Source: a phage
Length of the DNA: 64,000 nt
Assembly: GCA_036253495.1 (NCBI GenBank)
Contig: GCA_036253495.1_4125.1
Reading direction: 5' to 3' (one strand)
Part shown: piece after piece, positions 33,873 through 43,686 of the stretch
How positions within the stretch are numbered: the stretch's first letter is position 1
Layout of the letters: each line of letters starts with the position of its first letter
Position numbers and translations under genes: made by a program
Notes under the pieces: generated by a model
Database searches by the model: none
Told to the model about the DNA's origin: nothing
The model's input: only the letters and a program-made list of their open reading frames with translations

Positions 33873-34427
33873 ATGGACAATTACCTATTAATCTTACAAA
33901 TTTACAACGAACTGGGAAAACTTCTTGAAACGTGTAATTCACAGGGACGTAAATTAAGAATCGGTTTCGATTATGAAATTGAATACACAGGAGAGGGTAT
34001 TGCAACGCAGCAGATGTTCACAGAAGAAAATAAAACTATTCTGTGCGTTTACCCACATGAAGGTGATGAGGAAGACTGTGTTGTTGATTTTTCATATGAC
34101 AGTTCTTGGGCTTTTATTTCACGTAATCCTCGAATGAAAGAGGCAGTGGATTACAAAGAACCATCATATGATCCTATTGCGTTGTTCAGTACTGAGAATT
34201 TAGAAGAACAAAATTTCCAGAGTTCTGTAACTCACGATAAATTAATCACTGATGCACTTACGATTGAAGCTTTAGCACGTAACTATAAATTTGATTTCAA
34301 TCTCAATAATTATTATATGTCATATAGTGCAACAGCATCATTACTCACTGATGATCAATTAGTAGTATTACTCAAGGACTTGAAAAACTACGCACAAACG
34401 AGAAAAGAACATGAAAACACTAATTGA
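33873..34427 (+). CDS. family B paralog B34, long form, 184 aa
   Basis: motif EEQNFQSSVTHD; start re-set from 33816 (track ORF runs through terminator). Confidence 0.7.
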   Translation: MDNYLLILQIYNELGKLLETCNSQGRKLRIGFDYEIEYTGEGIATQQMFTEENKTILCVYPHEGDEEDCVVDFSYDSSWAFISRNPRMKEAVDYKEPSYDPIALFSTENLEEQNFQSSVTHDKLITDALTIEALARNYKFDFNLNNYYMSYSATASLLTDDQLVVLLKDLKNYAQTRKEHENTN

Positions 34428-34983
34428 TATTTTTAAAGTACTAGAAGAACTTACTCATAAGTTAGATGAACAAAAAAGAACTGAGAATATTTTTCATTAC
34501 TTCAACAATCCAATGTACCGATTAGTTTTTGATTGCAGTACTTTGTATCGTTATGCTAATATCCAAATACAACACTGCATTCAACATAAAACCAAAAATA
34601 TATGGTCAGTTGATGCTTCTTATGTGGCATCAGGCAGAGAGAGTAAATTTTTGGGTTCAGTTTCTGATTGTAGTCTTACTGTGAATAAACTCAAAGAAAC
34701 TAACGAATTAATCGTCAGAAATTTGTACGATGATTATTATGATGATGAAGAATATCTTCATATTGCACCTGAGCTACAAAATCCAGAAGAGCGAGAAGCA
34801 TATCTTTTCCAGTTGTCGTTGCTCCCAGGTTATGATATGATAGCTAAAGCTGATTTTGTATATCAACTATCAATGCAACTTGGTAGTGGGGAGTGTTCTG
34901 CTTTCAATAATCTATACAATGAAAGTACTGAAACACAAGAAGAATTATTGGAGGAATTAAATGCATTTCTCAAATCTTTATAA
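34411..34983 (+). CDS. family B paralog B35, 190 aa
   Basis: motif EAYLFQLSLLPG. Confidence 0.7.
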   Translation: MKTLIDIFKVLEELTHKLDEQKRTENIFHYFNNPMYRLVFDCSTLYRYANIQIQHCIQHKTKNIWSVDASYVASGRESKFLGSVSDCSLTVNKLKETNELIVRNLYDDYYDDEEYLHIAPELQNPEEREAYLFQLSLLPGYDMIAKADFVYQLSMQLGSGECSAFNNLYNESTETQEELLEELNAFLKSL

Positions 34984-35539
34984 TTACATGTCCGAAGAGT
35001 ATCAATATTACACTAAGATGGTTTTGAAAGTGAATGCTATTCTTAATAGTGATTTATGTAAAACTAAAAAGACATTTAATCTCCCATATATGCGTTTGGC
35101 GATTACTAAAGACCAGGAAGGTATGTATGATCATGCAGTAGTTTCGATGAATGATCTACGTGTCTTTCTGATAATTAAGTACAATAAAGAAGATTTAACC
35201 AACAACGATGGGTACATTAACTACGATTATATTATTGGAGGAAATGCTGAAGTTCCAGGGACAAGTGAATTTGCAGGGATTGTTATTTCAGGTAAAAAAA
35301 TTCCAAAGATTAATCTTAACAGTAGTACTATAGAAGAAGAACTATTCCAGTTAAGTACTATGTACAGTACTAACGAATTGGATTTATTACTTTTCAGTAC
35401 AATCGTCAATCATGAACTGGATAAGAAAGACAAATACTGTCCATTGCAACAAATTGTTCATCGTTTCAAACGTAGTGAATTTAAAAGAATTCATGAAGGT
35501 CTGGACAGTCTTATTAACAATACTGGGGATTTCTCATGA
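34961..35539 (+). CDS. family B paralog B36, 192 aa
   Basis: motif EEELFQLSTMYS; SD GGAGGA. Confidence 0.75.
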   Translation: MHFSNLYNYMSEEYQYYTKMVLKVNAILNSDLCKTKKTFNLPYMRLAITKDQEGMYDHAVVSMNDLRVFLIIKYNKEDLTNNDGYINYDYIIGGNAEVPGTSEFAGIVISGKKIPKINLNSSTIEEELFQLSTMYSTNELDLLLFSTIVNHELDKKDKYCPLQQIVHRFKRSEFKRIHEGLDSLINNTGDFS

Positions 35540-36096
35540 AATATAGTCTTTACTATAGAGGGAAGTTCCTTGAGAAGTTTATTGAAGATTGTGTAGCTGC
35601 ACTGAGTTTAATTCGTGAAGGTGAATACATTAAAGTCAATCACACTGTACTAAGAGATCTTAATTTTTTTCTGAGTGGTGATTTGAATAATGATATGCAC
35701 TTCACAATAACGTACAACCACAAAGATATCATTGAAATCAATACACAACAACGACACATAAAAGAATACACCCGATTACGCAATACCAAGACAAAGCGTG
35801 TAGTAATTAAAAAAGGTGATGTAGAGTTGATGTGTAAAGATAGTACTGCAATAGATATCAGTACTTACTTCGATAATGAAGAAGATATGGATTGTGATTG
35901 CTTCCAGAAGAGTTTAATTATTGATGATCCGTATGTACTGTACGGTGCAGTACTGGCTCCGTTCTGTCAGAAGAACTTACCAGATGGATGTACGGTTGAA
36001 TTGAACTTGACAGAACTCATGAATGATGATATATTTGAGTACATGAGTACTAACTCCAAGGCAATGATTGAACATATTAAGGCAATCCAATGTTAA
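35536..36096 (+). CDS. family B paralog B37, 186 aa
   Basis: motif DCDCFQKSLIID; ATGA overlap. Confidence 0.7.
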   Translation: MKYSLYYRGKFLEKFIEDCVAALSLIREGEYIKVNHTVLRDLNFFLSGDLNNDMHFTITYNHKDIIEINTQQRHIKEYTRLRNTKTKRVVIKKGDVELMCKDSTAIDISTYFDNEEDMDCDCFQKSLIIDDPYVLYGAVLAPFCQKNLPDGCTVELNLTELMNDDIFEYMSTNSKAMIEHIKAIQC

Positions 36097-36575
36097 ATCC
36101 AGCAGACGTTATTAAATTTTGTAAAATTCTTGAGAAGTATTCTCATAAATTTGTGCACGAAGTACAGATAATGATTGATGGCATTCCCTTTAACTTCGTG
36201 AAAAACAACGACATTATCGCTGTGTTCTGTGGCTCATGGACATTTTGTGAACTCAACTGTCAAGAATCTCAAAATGTTATTGTGAAACGAAACATGATCC
36301 TATCAAGGGAAAGTTCAGTATTCATTGAACCAAGTGGTGAAATCATATACGAGAAAAAGAACGGCGACAGAACTTTAGATGATTTTATGGCTGAATTGAG
36401 CCTTGATAATGAGTTTCATAGAAATGCAGTACTGATACATAGTGCTATGGTGCATGAAACTAATTTAAATTCTATATCAATTAATTTCGGTGTTTATTCT
36501 TATTACAAATTTACATTTGATATGATATTTCAAACACTTAACAAACATCCTATATTCTGGAAATGCAATGAATAA
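36090..36575 (+). CDS. family B-like degenerate paralog B38, 161 aa
   Basis: array position and size; motif decayed (DFMAELSLDNE). Confidence 0.5.
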   Translation: MLNPADVIKFCKILEKYSHKFVHEVQIMIDGIPFNFVKNNDIIAVFCGSWTFCELNCQESQNVIVKRNMILSRESSVFIEPSGEIIYEKKNGDRTLDDFMAELSLDNEFHRNAVLIHSAMVHETNLNSISINFGVYSYYKFTFDMIFQTLNKHPIFWKCNE

Positions 36576-37026
36576 AGACGATTACGAATTACTGAAAAAG
36601 TTAATCCAGTACTGCCTCAATGAACTGGATAATGGTAAAGCTCGAAAATCAGGTTCATGGTTTGATGTAAGCTATCCATCAGACGGCGATGATATGATGA
36701 CATTATGGTCAAATGAAAGATACATTGATTATAGTGTAATGGATAATACTACTATAGATTATGTCAATGACAATGTATGGTATTTCAATACACAGTTAAT
36801 CATTGATATTAAAAGTATAGATTTAAGTACTGAGATTGATGAAGCAACCATATTTCAATTAAGTACTTTGTATTCTGATGAAGTGATATATCCGTTATTA
36901 CTTCTCCTACAGTTGCGAGCCATTGCAGCAGAACGTGGTTTCACATCCATATCATTTGCTCATGACATTGATGTACGAAGAGCTGAAATTACAAAATTAG
37001 TTGAGGGATATGATGGAACACTTTAG
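36568..37026 (+). CDS. family B paralog B39, 152 aa
   Basis: motif EATIFQLSTLYS. Confidence 0.75.
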   Translation: MNKDDYELLKKLIQYCLNELDNGKARKSGSWFDVSYPSDGDDMMTLWSNERYIDYSVMDNTTIDYVNDNVWYFNTQLIIDIKSIDLSTEIDEATIFQLSTLYSDEVIYPLLLLLQLRAIAAERGFTSISFAHDIDVRRAEITKLVEGYDGTL

Positions 37027-37504
37027 TACTAAAGACTTTGTGGAATTGCATAAAATTCTTGAAGAAAAATATATCAATGAACAATATGGTCGATTCGAAC
37101 TGGCTCCAGATATTATTCTTAAAATACAAAAAGATGGTATGATCCGAGTTGTATTTGAGCAGAAAAGAGGTTTAGACCATGACATTTTCATGCTCTTTGA
37201 TAGCAATAGTCCTATCTATGATGCACCAAGTTTCGATACAAGCACCATTGGTTCACAATCCGCAGTCTTTCATCCAGGAACTACTGTTGTAAAAATCGAT
37301 GGTGTAGATTGCAACATGCGACCTGTATCATTGGATGAAATTGATGAAGTTGAATTTCAGAACAGTACTGTGAATAATTATAGTGCAATGTTCACCTACA
37401 TGTGCTATCTTAACAGTACTTGTTGCAAATTTCTTATGTACACATCGTATGTAAATGAAGATGAAGTACTACACTATGTATTGAAAAAACTAAGAGAATT
37501 ATGA
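37010..37504 (+). CDS. family B paralog B40, 164 aa
   Basis: motif DEVEFQNSTVNN; ATG 37010 after SD GAGGGA (track TTG 37001). Confidence 0.7.
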   Translation: MMEHFSTKDFVELHKILEEKYINEQYGRFELAPDIILKIQKDGMIRVVFEQKRGLDHDIFMLFDSNSPIYDAPSFDTSTIGSQSAVFHPGTTVVKIDGVDCNMRPVSLDEIDEVEFQNSTVNNYSAMFTYMCYLNSTCCKFLMYTSYVNEDEVLHYVLKKLREL

Positions 37505-37505
37505 T

Positions 37506-38108
37506 ATGATCATTGACATGCCTATTCTTAATAAAATGCTTAACCCTGTCATTACGTTAGCTAAAAGTATTTCTAATAATGAAAAGTTGCATCTCCCATA
37601 CTCTATGTTAACGTATGCAACTGATTTTTACAGGATTGAAATCTCGGCATGTGAACAACGAATTACACTAGCATTCAAACGCCTTGGTGCTGGACTTGCA
37701 AATGATTTTGATATTTCACTGATACTTCATGGTGAATTAGAAGATAGTAAAATTCTGTCCTATGAAAGAATTCTTCGCAGTACAAATGAAATAAAATTAT
37801 TCAAAACATTTTCACATTATAATGGTTCTGATGTTTCATATTATTTTGATAAGGATTCATTTAAGAATATCAAAAGTGTTGAAGTGAAAGATTTCAGCGA
37901 AGAATGGTATTTTCAAAATACATTAATTCATTCTTTACCTTCATATGAAGAAATGAAGATGAACATTGATCTTTATGAAAAATTAAAATCAGAACTGAAA
38001 TGTAATTTTCTATTATCAATGAACTACAAAAAGATCAGTACTGATGTGGTATTGGAAGATGAACTAATGAAACGAATTTGGTCTGCTATACCAGTTATTA
38101 AGGAATAA
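37506..38108 (+). CDS. family B paralog B41, 200 aa
   Basis: motif EEWYFQNTLIHS. Confidence 0.75.
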   Translation: MIIDMPILNKMLNPVITLAKSISNNEKLHLPYSMLTYATDFYRIEISACEQRITLAFKRLGAGLANDFDISLILHGELEDSKILSYERILRSTNEIKLFKTFSHYNGSDVSYYFDKDSFKNIKSVEVKDFSEEWYFQNTLIHSLPSYEEMKMNIDLYEKLKSELKCNFLLSMNYKKISTDVVLEDELMKRIWSAIPVIKE

Positions 38109-38110
38109 TA

Positions 38111-38650
38111 ATGCACATTGCAACATTATCAAATACTAAAGAATTTGAGCTATGGCCTGAGAAAGTTAACAGCTTAAGACAGCGTTATGTGAATTTCTGC
38201 CGTGGTATCAGGAAAGCCAGTAGAATGTCACATTCACTAAGCATGTCAATTGATGGTTGTGTTATGAATGCAGATAAGAACCGTTTGTACGTTGAATCAT
38301 ACAGTTCGCAAGCTCTGTACATTATGCTTCATGCTGGTACACAAATCCCACAGAATTCGATTGGTTGTTATTCAATTACATGGTCTGGACGAAAGTCTAC
38401 TAAATTATATCCGTGCAAAAGAAACGACCAATCGTTCAGTGTTGATATTAATTACTGTGAGTACACTGAAGAAGAACACTTTCAGCACAGTACTCTTCAT
38501 GATATCATTGAGTACAATGAATGCATCAATGTACTGGATAAATGTTATGATTTAGAACATAATACTGGTATCGTTGTAGTTAATAATTGCTTTTTTGATA
38601 GTGATGTACTTGATACATTAGATTATTTTTTAGAGGGTTACAATGACTAA
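38111..38650 (+). CDS. family B paralog B42, 179 aa
   Basis: motif EEEHFQHSTLHD. Confidence 0.75.
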   Translation: MHIATLSNTKEFELWPEKVNSLRQRYVNFCRGIRKASRMSHSLSMSIDGCVMNADKNRLYVESYSSQALYIMLHAGTQIPQNSIGCYSITWSGRKSTKLYPCKRNDQSFSVDINYCEYTEEEHFQHSTLHDIIEYNECINVLDKCYDLEHNTGIVVVNNCFFDSDVLDTLDYFLEGYND

Positions 38651-39260
38651 CATTAGAACAGAGTATGTTAAGTACGAGAAAGCACTACGTGATTTACTAA
38701 ACATTGCACCGGATTTAATTAGAGCTAAACAAACACTATTTGACAAGTACGGTCCGAAAAGTGAACTCAAGCTATCAAAAAAGGGAAAACCCACACAATA
38801 TACAACGCTGTATAATAGATATAGCGTTGGGATTTGTAATATCTATACAGATGAATTAGTACTGGAATTAACCCAAGACGATGATGAAGAAGCACATGAT
38901 TTATTTCCTGAATTTGAAGAGTGCATGTTTAGTCCAGGTAATCCAGTGTTTTTAACCTTAAATGATGGAAGAAAAACGCTAAAAGAATCGTTCATCACAT
39001 ATGATGCCAAAACTAAAACACTAATGGATATTGAATCTGGGTATAAGACTGATCTGAAATCACTTGAAGATTGTAAGGGTGCATTGTTTCAGATGGGTGT
39101 AATCACAGAGGTTACCACTACACCAGAAGAATTATGGCTTATGGTTTCAGTACTGAATGATTGGTACAAAGTGAAGAGTCTACGAAATATGTTCATTTAT
39201 ATCAAGCCTGATTGCATCAAGAAAGAAACACTAATTAACAATATGGTAATACCTGAATGA
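38643..39260 (+). CDS. family B paralog B43, 205 aa
   Basis: motif KGALFQMGVITE. Confidence 0.65.
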   Translation: MTNIRTEYVKYEKALRDLLNIAPDLIRAKQTLFDKYGPKSELKLSKKGKPTQYTTLYNRYSVGICNIYTDELVLELTQDDDEEAHDLFPEFEECMFSPGNPVFLTLNDGRKTLKESFITYDAKTKTLMDIESGYKTDLKSLEDCKGALFQMGVITEVTTTPEELWLMVSVLNDWYKVKSLRNMFIYIKPDCIKKETLINNMVIPE

Positions 39261-39856
39261 AAAAAGATCCAAATGAAGACTTAATCAATTCTTTAAGTAC
39301 TATCAAAGATTTGTGGTTACGATATCGTGGATTGTATAGTGTTAAAGATACAGAAAATAACATACTCCAAAGTCTTAAAATCACGATTCGAATGCAATTC
39401 AAAAATGGAATGGCAGTTGATGTTGAGATGAACAAAACTGGAGTTTATGTATATGATGGTTCTCGAACTGCAATCTTTATGGCAGAATTCATAGATGAAG
39501 ACTGTAATCTATATTGTTCATACGACATTGAAAGTGGTGATATCGAAATGTTCGCTAATGAACCTATCCTGCTCCGTTTCACTAAATCATGGAATGAAGA
39601 TTACATTATATATCAAAATGGAGGCTTCTTAAATTCCGATGAGGAACCCATCGATAACATAGAAGAAATGGCATTCCAGAGTAGTACTGTTAATGATGAT
39701 GCATTATCTTATCAAGAAATCCTTGACACAGTGAATGGTTATGATAAGATACAGGCTGCAATGAAAGAGAACGGTATCTGTTACCTTACAGTACTGGACA
39801 AACTCTTCTACGATGAACTGTGTTCGTACCTGAACTGTATTCTCACTGAGGATTGA
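39257..39856 (+). CDS. family B paralog B44, 199 aa
   Basis: motif EEMAFQSSTVND; ATGA overlap. Confidence 0.7.
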   Translation: MKKDPNEDLINSLSTIKDLWLRYRGLYSVKDTENNILQSLKITIRMQFKNGMAVDVEMNKTGVYVYDGSRTAIFMAEFIDEDCNLYCSYDIESGDIEMFANEPILLRFTKSWNEDYIIYQNGGFLNSDEEPIDNIEEMAFQSSTVNDDALSYQEILDTVNGYDKIQAAMKENGICYLTVLDKLFYDELCSYLNCILTED

Positions 39857-40272
39857 TGATGATTCTATACCATGCAAGTACTGTTAAAATTGACAACTTC
39901 TACATTCCTTATGGTGGTTTACATATGGGAGGGAAGCATAGTGCTCTTGAGGCTGCGTTACGCAAGCTGAGAAGCCCACTGAACGTTGTTGATGCTGACA
40001 CGGTGTACTTGCATACCTTAGAAGTTGACGTTGATAACGTGCTTCTGTGTGAGGATATGGGTAGTGATGACGAATGGCGATCACTTATTGAGTATTGTGA
40101 TACTGAAGGTTACGATGCAGTTCAGTACAAGAATGAATACGAGCCGGACAATGTTCCTAGTTATATGATTTGGGATACATCTAAAGTTCGTATTGTTGAA
40201 GTTGATGCTATGCATATGGATGAAGCTGAAATGATTATCGAAGATTTTCTTGATGAATATGAAGGTGTATAA
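39853..40272 (+). CDS. non-family insert, 139 aa; possible minimal H-Y-E ADP-ribosyltransferase-like protein (speculative)
   Basis: N-terminal LYHAST (cf. HG[ST] of Tpt1/PARP-type ARTs), GGLHMGG, and YKNEYE resembling the PARP catalytic-Glu segment YNEYIVY; by-eye motif match only. Confidence 0.3.
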   Translation: MMMILYHASTVKIDNFYIPYGGLHMGGKHSALEAALRKLRSPLNVVDADTVYLHTLEVDVDNVLLCEDMGSDDEWRSLIEYCDTEGYDAVQYKNEYEPDNVPSYMIWDTSKVRIVEVDAMHMDEAEMIIEDFLDEYEGV

Positions 40273-40796
40273 TGACTGATTCAATGACAGTACTGGTACG
40301 TACTAAGTTACTATTGAAGATTGGTGAGATTTTCACAGATCTTATGCACAATCAAATTGATATTACAGAACTAGATATTAAGCAACCGTGGGAAATTACA
40401 AGGTTCTCGGCGTTCCACCGATTGTCATATAAAGGTGAAACTGTTCTTGATTTTAATCACAAAGCAAAATTCATGGATTATGCCGCGTTGTACCGAAATA
40501 ATTATTCAGGTTGTATAACCAATAACTTCAAAGGAATAAAAGTACAGATTGAATCAATTGAATTTAACGAATTACTATATCCAGAATTTAAGTTAACTGA
40601 AGAATCTATGTTTCAGTACTCACTAATTCTAAAAGATCTAGAAACTCTAGAGTACTACAGAGAGTTAGTAGATATTTTTATGAATGTTCGTCTTTCAAAA
40701 GATATTGTGATATTCTGGTATACAGAGCGTATTACAGAGGAAGTACTTGAAGAATTTCTCGTAAATATGACAGCTATTAAGGAGAATTTATGTTAG
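40272..40796 (+). CDS. family B paralog B45, 174 aa
   Basis: motif EESMFQYSLILK. Confidence 0.75.
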   Translation: MTDSMTVLVRTKLLLKIGEIFTDLMHNQIDITELDIKQPWEITRFSAFHRLSYKGETVLDFNHKAKFMDYAALYRNNYSGCITNNFKGIKVQIESIEFNELLYPEFKLTEESMFQYSLILKDLETLEYYRELVDIFMNVRLSKDIVIFWYTERITEEVLEEFLVNMTAIKENLC

Positions 40797-41254
40797 ACAT
40801 TTTAGGAAACATTGATACGGTAAACTTTTTTATTCAAGACGCAATTATCAATATCACATCAAAGCCAATCCAAGTTAGAAGTAACTTTTATAGTGGGGAT
40901 GGTTATATGGTTGATATTGTTGAAGTTAAGAAAAATGTTTTCCAAATCAATATTCTCACACAAACGAGAACACAGATTTCTCGTATCATCATCAATAAAG
41001 ATGAAGCCGTCATTCGTTATAATTCAAAATTCATGATGTTCTTTAAAAAGAAAACTGGTATGTTCAGTACTAATCTCTTTGATGAATCATTTTATTCAAC
41101 CGATGTGGAATCTACCTTCTTCACACAAAGTACATTTATCAAATTTGATAGTATTGAGTTCGATTCAAATATCATGTCAGAAACATTACAATGCCTAAAG
41201 GTATTACATAATGAATTTACCAACTTTATCGATAGCCGAAACAAGATTAACTAA
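40790..41254 (+). CDS. family B-like degenerate paralog B46, 154 aa
   Basis: decayed motif ESTFFTQSTFIK. Confidence 0.55.
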   Translation: MLDILGNIDTVNFFIQDAIINITSKPIQVRSNFYSGDGYMVDIVEVKKNVFQINILTQTRTQISRIIINKDEAVIRYNSKFMMFFKKKTGMFSTNLFDESFYSTDVESTFFTQSTFIKFDSIEFDSNIMSETLQCLKVLHNEFTNFIDSRNKIN

Positions 41255-41669
41255 TATAAATGAATTAGTTAATGCTATCTTATCATGCAAATTAAAAATT
41301 GATACCAAATGTAAGTACAATGGTATTAATTTATACAAATTAAAATATTCACGAATACATAATTCAGTAAAATACATTTACGGTACTAGTCAAATCATCT
41401 TTGAAACGGTTACAGTGAACAGTAAATTACTTATTGATGTTTATATCAGTAATAAGATTAAAAATTCACAAAAAGTGTTGACAGTTTCTTCTGATAATGT
41501 TACTATGTTTGATACCAACAATAAGAAGTTAGATATTGATTTAGATGTTATTCTTGATGGTGACTTATTCCAGTACGAGTGTATTGGTCTAAATAATCCA
41601 TTTGATAAATCAGTACTAGTCAATTTAATCAAACATATTAAGGGTATTTTAGATGAAACTAACAACTGA
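41211..41669 (+). CDS. family B paralog B47, 152 aa
   Basis: motif DGDLFQYECIGL. Confidence 0.65.
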   Translation: MNLPTLSIAETRLTNINELVNAILSCKLKIDTKCKYNGINLYKLKYSRIHNSVKYIYGTSQIIFETVTVNSKLLIDVYISNKIKNSQKVLTVSSDNVTMFDTNNKKLDIDLDVILDGDLFQYECIGLNNPFDKSVLVNLIKHIKGILDETNN

Positions 41670-42153
41670 TATGAAACTTTGCATTTCTTTGATTATGCGT
41701 TCATTCGATGACAAAAGGACAAGTAAAGTTACTATCACCAATGACCATTTACAATGCAGTACACTCAATAGTACTGTAGTTTTCGGATTACATAGCCTCC
41801 GTTTGACGATAGTAAATAATATTGACAATACGGCGATGTGTATTACCCCCTGCCACGTTCAGGATGAACATGGTGTTTATCTTCACCACATGGGGACTTC
41901 GTATTTCATTTTCAATGAAGAAAAGGGAGTACAAAAAGACTTTAACACGTTGTGCGTAGACGGCGGTGAATTGTTCCAGATGGGAACTTTATATCAGTGT
42001 GATTTTACTGATACATCTGAAGTACTTCCATTATTTCTTGATCTCATTAAGAATTTAGGTTCATTTACTGGTCGCTATAACAAATCATTAAAGGCACAGG
42101 CAATTCAAAATATCTCGGAAGCAATAGAATATTACGAAAACGCTGTGTCGTAA
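41653..42153 (+). CDS. family B paralog B48, 166 aa
   Basis: motif GGELFQMGTLYQ. Confidence 0.65.
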   Translation: MKLTTDMKLCISLIMRSFDDKRTSKVTITNDHLQCSTLNSTVVFGLHSLRLTIVNNIDNTAMCITPCHVQDEHGVYLHHMGTSYFIFNEEKGVQKDFNTLCVDGGELFQMGTLYQCDFTDTSEVLPLFLDLIKNLGSFTGRYNKSLKAQAIQNISEAIEYYENAVS

Positions 42154-42193
42154 CACCAGCACATGGATGTGCGATGACGATCAAGGATAGATC

Positions 42194-42667
42194 ATGGAGA
42201 TTAAAACTGTTGAAAACGGAAAGATTGATGACATTTTAGAGTTGGACGCTTTCAAAGTGCATGATATAATGTTTAACGTAAGAGACATTATCCAATGCCT
42301 TTTCTTGTGCAGCAAGTCAATGTATGAACATTTCCATTGCCCACGTACTAATATTTTTATACTAACTATCAGTACTGAAAACTCATTTATAATGGGTATA
42401 CCAATGAATACGAATGAAGAATATATTGATTGTGTTGTTCGTAATGATCCTTCTATCACACCACAGAGTGAAGTGCATAAGAAGAAAAATACATATACTA
42501 TTAAAGACGATAAAATTATGATGTGCGTTACCAAGGGTTTTCTACTTGACAACTTCATAATCAAAGATAGTTATCATGACTTTAAAGTATCTGAGAAGCA
42601 AGTCAACGTAGTTCTATATGCAAGTGATATCGAGAGCCTTACAGTGAAAGATCCAGACCTGGAGTAA
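42194..42667 (+). CDS. hypothetical protein, 157 aa
   Basis: track ORF; no family motif; antisense track ORF 42181..42564 judged spurious. Confidence 0.6.
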   Translation: MEIKTVENGKIDDILELDAFKVHDIMFNVRDIIQCLFLCSKSMYEHFHCPRTNIFILTISTENSFIMGIPMNTNEEYIDCVVRNDPSITPQSEVHKKKNTYTIKDDKIMMCVTKGFLLDNFIIKDSYHDFKVSEKQVNVVLYASDIESLTVKDPDLE

Positions 42668-42669
42668 TT

Positions 42670-42807
42670 ATGGCTAAGAAATCTAAAGTAAACAACTTTG
42701 TTGCAAAGCACTGTAATGAGTTTAATAAGGCTCAAGTGCACGTGGACCGCAAGAAAGCTGCAAAAAATGGAAAAATTAAACACCAGTCGAGATTTTATCT
42801 CGACTAA
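42670..42807 (+). CDS. 45-aa Lys-rich protein, ArfA-like in size, charge and gene design (speculative)
   Basis: SD GGAG 7 nt upstream; MAKKSKVNNFVAKHCNEFNKAQVHVDRKKAAKNGKIKHQSRFYLD; last 7 codons form the terminator stem; below track cutoff. Confidence 0.4.
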   Translation: MAKKSKVNNFVAKHCNEFNKAQVHVDRKKAAKNGKIKHQSRFYLD

Positions 42808-42813
42808 TTTTTT
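42785..42813 (+). terminator. rho-independent terminator overlapping the 3' end of the 45-codon ORF
   Basis: perfect 9-bp stem AGTCGAGAT/ATCTCGACT, stop TAA directly after stem, then T6. Confidence 0.8.
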
Positions 42814-42829
42814 GTCCGAGGAAATGTAA

Positions 42830-43666
42830 ATGTTCTTAAACTTCAAAGAGTATTCAGTACTTGATCATATCAAGATTCTATCTGAGAATCCTGAAACATT
42901 TGGTGCAGTAAAAACAGCAAATGGAGAATCTTATGATGTTTATAACATTACAGGACATACTGTTTCTGTAAAAAACAATATCCGTCCTTCGACACTAGAT
43001 ATTAATATTCGTAATAATGAAACTTATGAAACTTCACTATCATACGAATATGATTCAGATCTTAAGTCTGAAATATTCAACACACCATCAGTCCATTATT
43101 ACAAGTCAGAAGATACAATTCGTTACCGAGATACCACGATTAATGATATAGTTTTTAATCGTAGAATTAATGCCAGTGGTATAGTTTCAGTTCGTAGTAC
43201 TGATAGATTTGCAAAATATACTGTCGAAAATAATGTACGATCATTTGAAACAACTTTCCGTCTAACACAAGGTACAGAAGAAAGCAACATCACACTCCAA
43301 GAACGTTTGTCATCAGACGGGATTATTATGCGTAGTGTTGCTTTTTTCAGATATAACACCGAAGATGGGCGTCCAGTGATGTGTGATTTGGATATCACTC
43401 GTACAGGTGATAAAACAATTGCCACTATAACCTCTGGATACCGACATTCGTTTACATTAGAACTGGATGTACCTGATGCATCATTACTTGGTATTTTTGA
43501 TCCGCTGGCAGCATTTCAAGCAGAGTTAGTACTGAACCCTAAGCAGTACGAGATTCTTGATATCTTACGTAAAGGCATAGTTAATAAGTTGAAAACTTAC
43601 CAACAGTTAGGTGGTAAGATGAGTATAGTTAATACTATTCTCGAAAATATTGAAAGAGTAAGTTAA
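42830..43666 (+). CDS. family B-like long paralog B49, 278 aa
   Basis: motif PLAAFQAELVLN about 45 aa from C-terminus; enlarged N-terminal part. Confidence 0.6.
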   Translation: MFLNFKEYSVLDHIKILSENPETFGAVKTANGESYDVYNITGHTVSVKNNIRPSTLDINIRNNETYETSLSYEYDSDLKSEIFNTPSVHYYKSEDTIRYRDTTINDIVFNRRINASGIVSVRSTDRFAKYTVENNVRSFETTFRLTQGTEESNITLQERLSSDGIIMRSVAFFRYNTEDGRPVMCDLDITRTGDKTIATITSGYRHSFTLELDVPDASLLGIFDPLAAFQAELVLNPKQYEILDILRKGIVNKLKTYQQLGGKMSIVNTILENIERVS

Positions 43667-43686
43667 TACATGGAGATAGATTTAGT

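Noticed and set aside
12958-43666. Family B array as a former polyprotein processed at the FQ sites
   Set aside because: Every unit has its own stop codon and a start with SD or overlap coupling. The FQ motif lies inside each protein rather than at gene boundaries.
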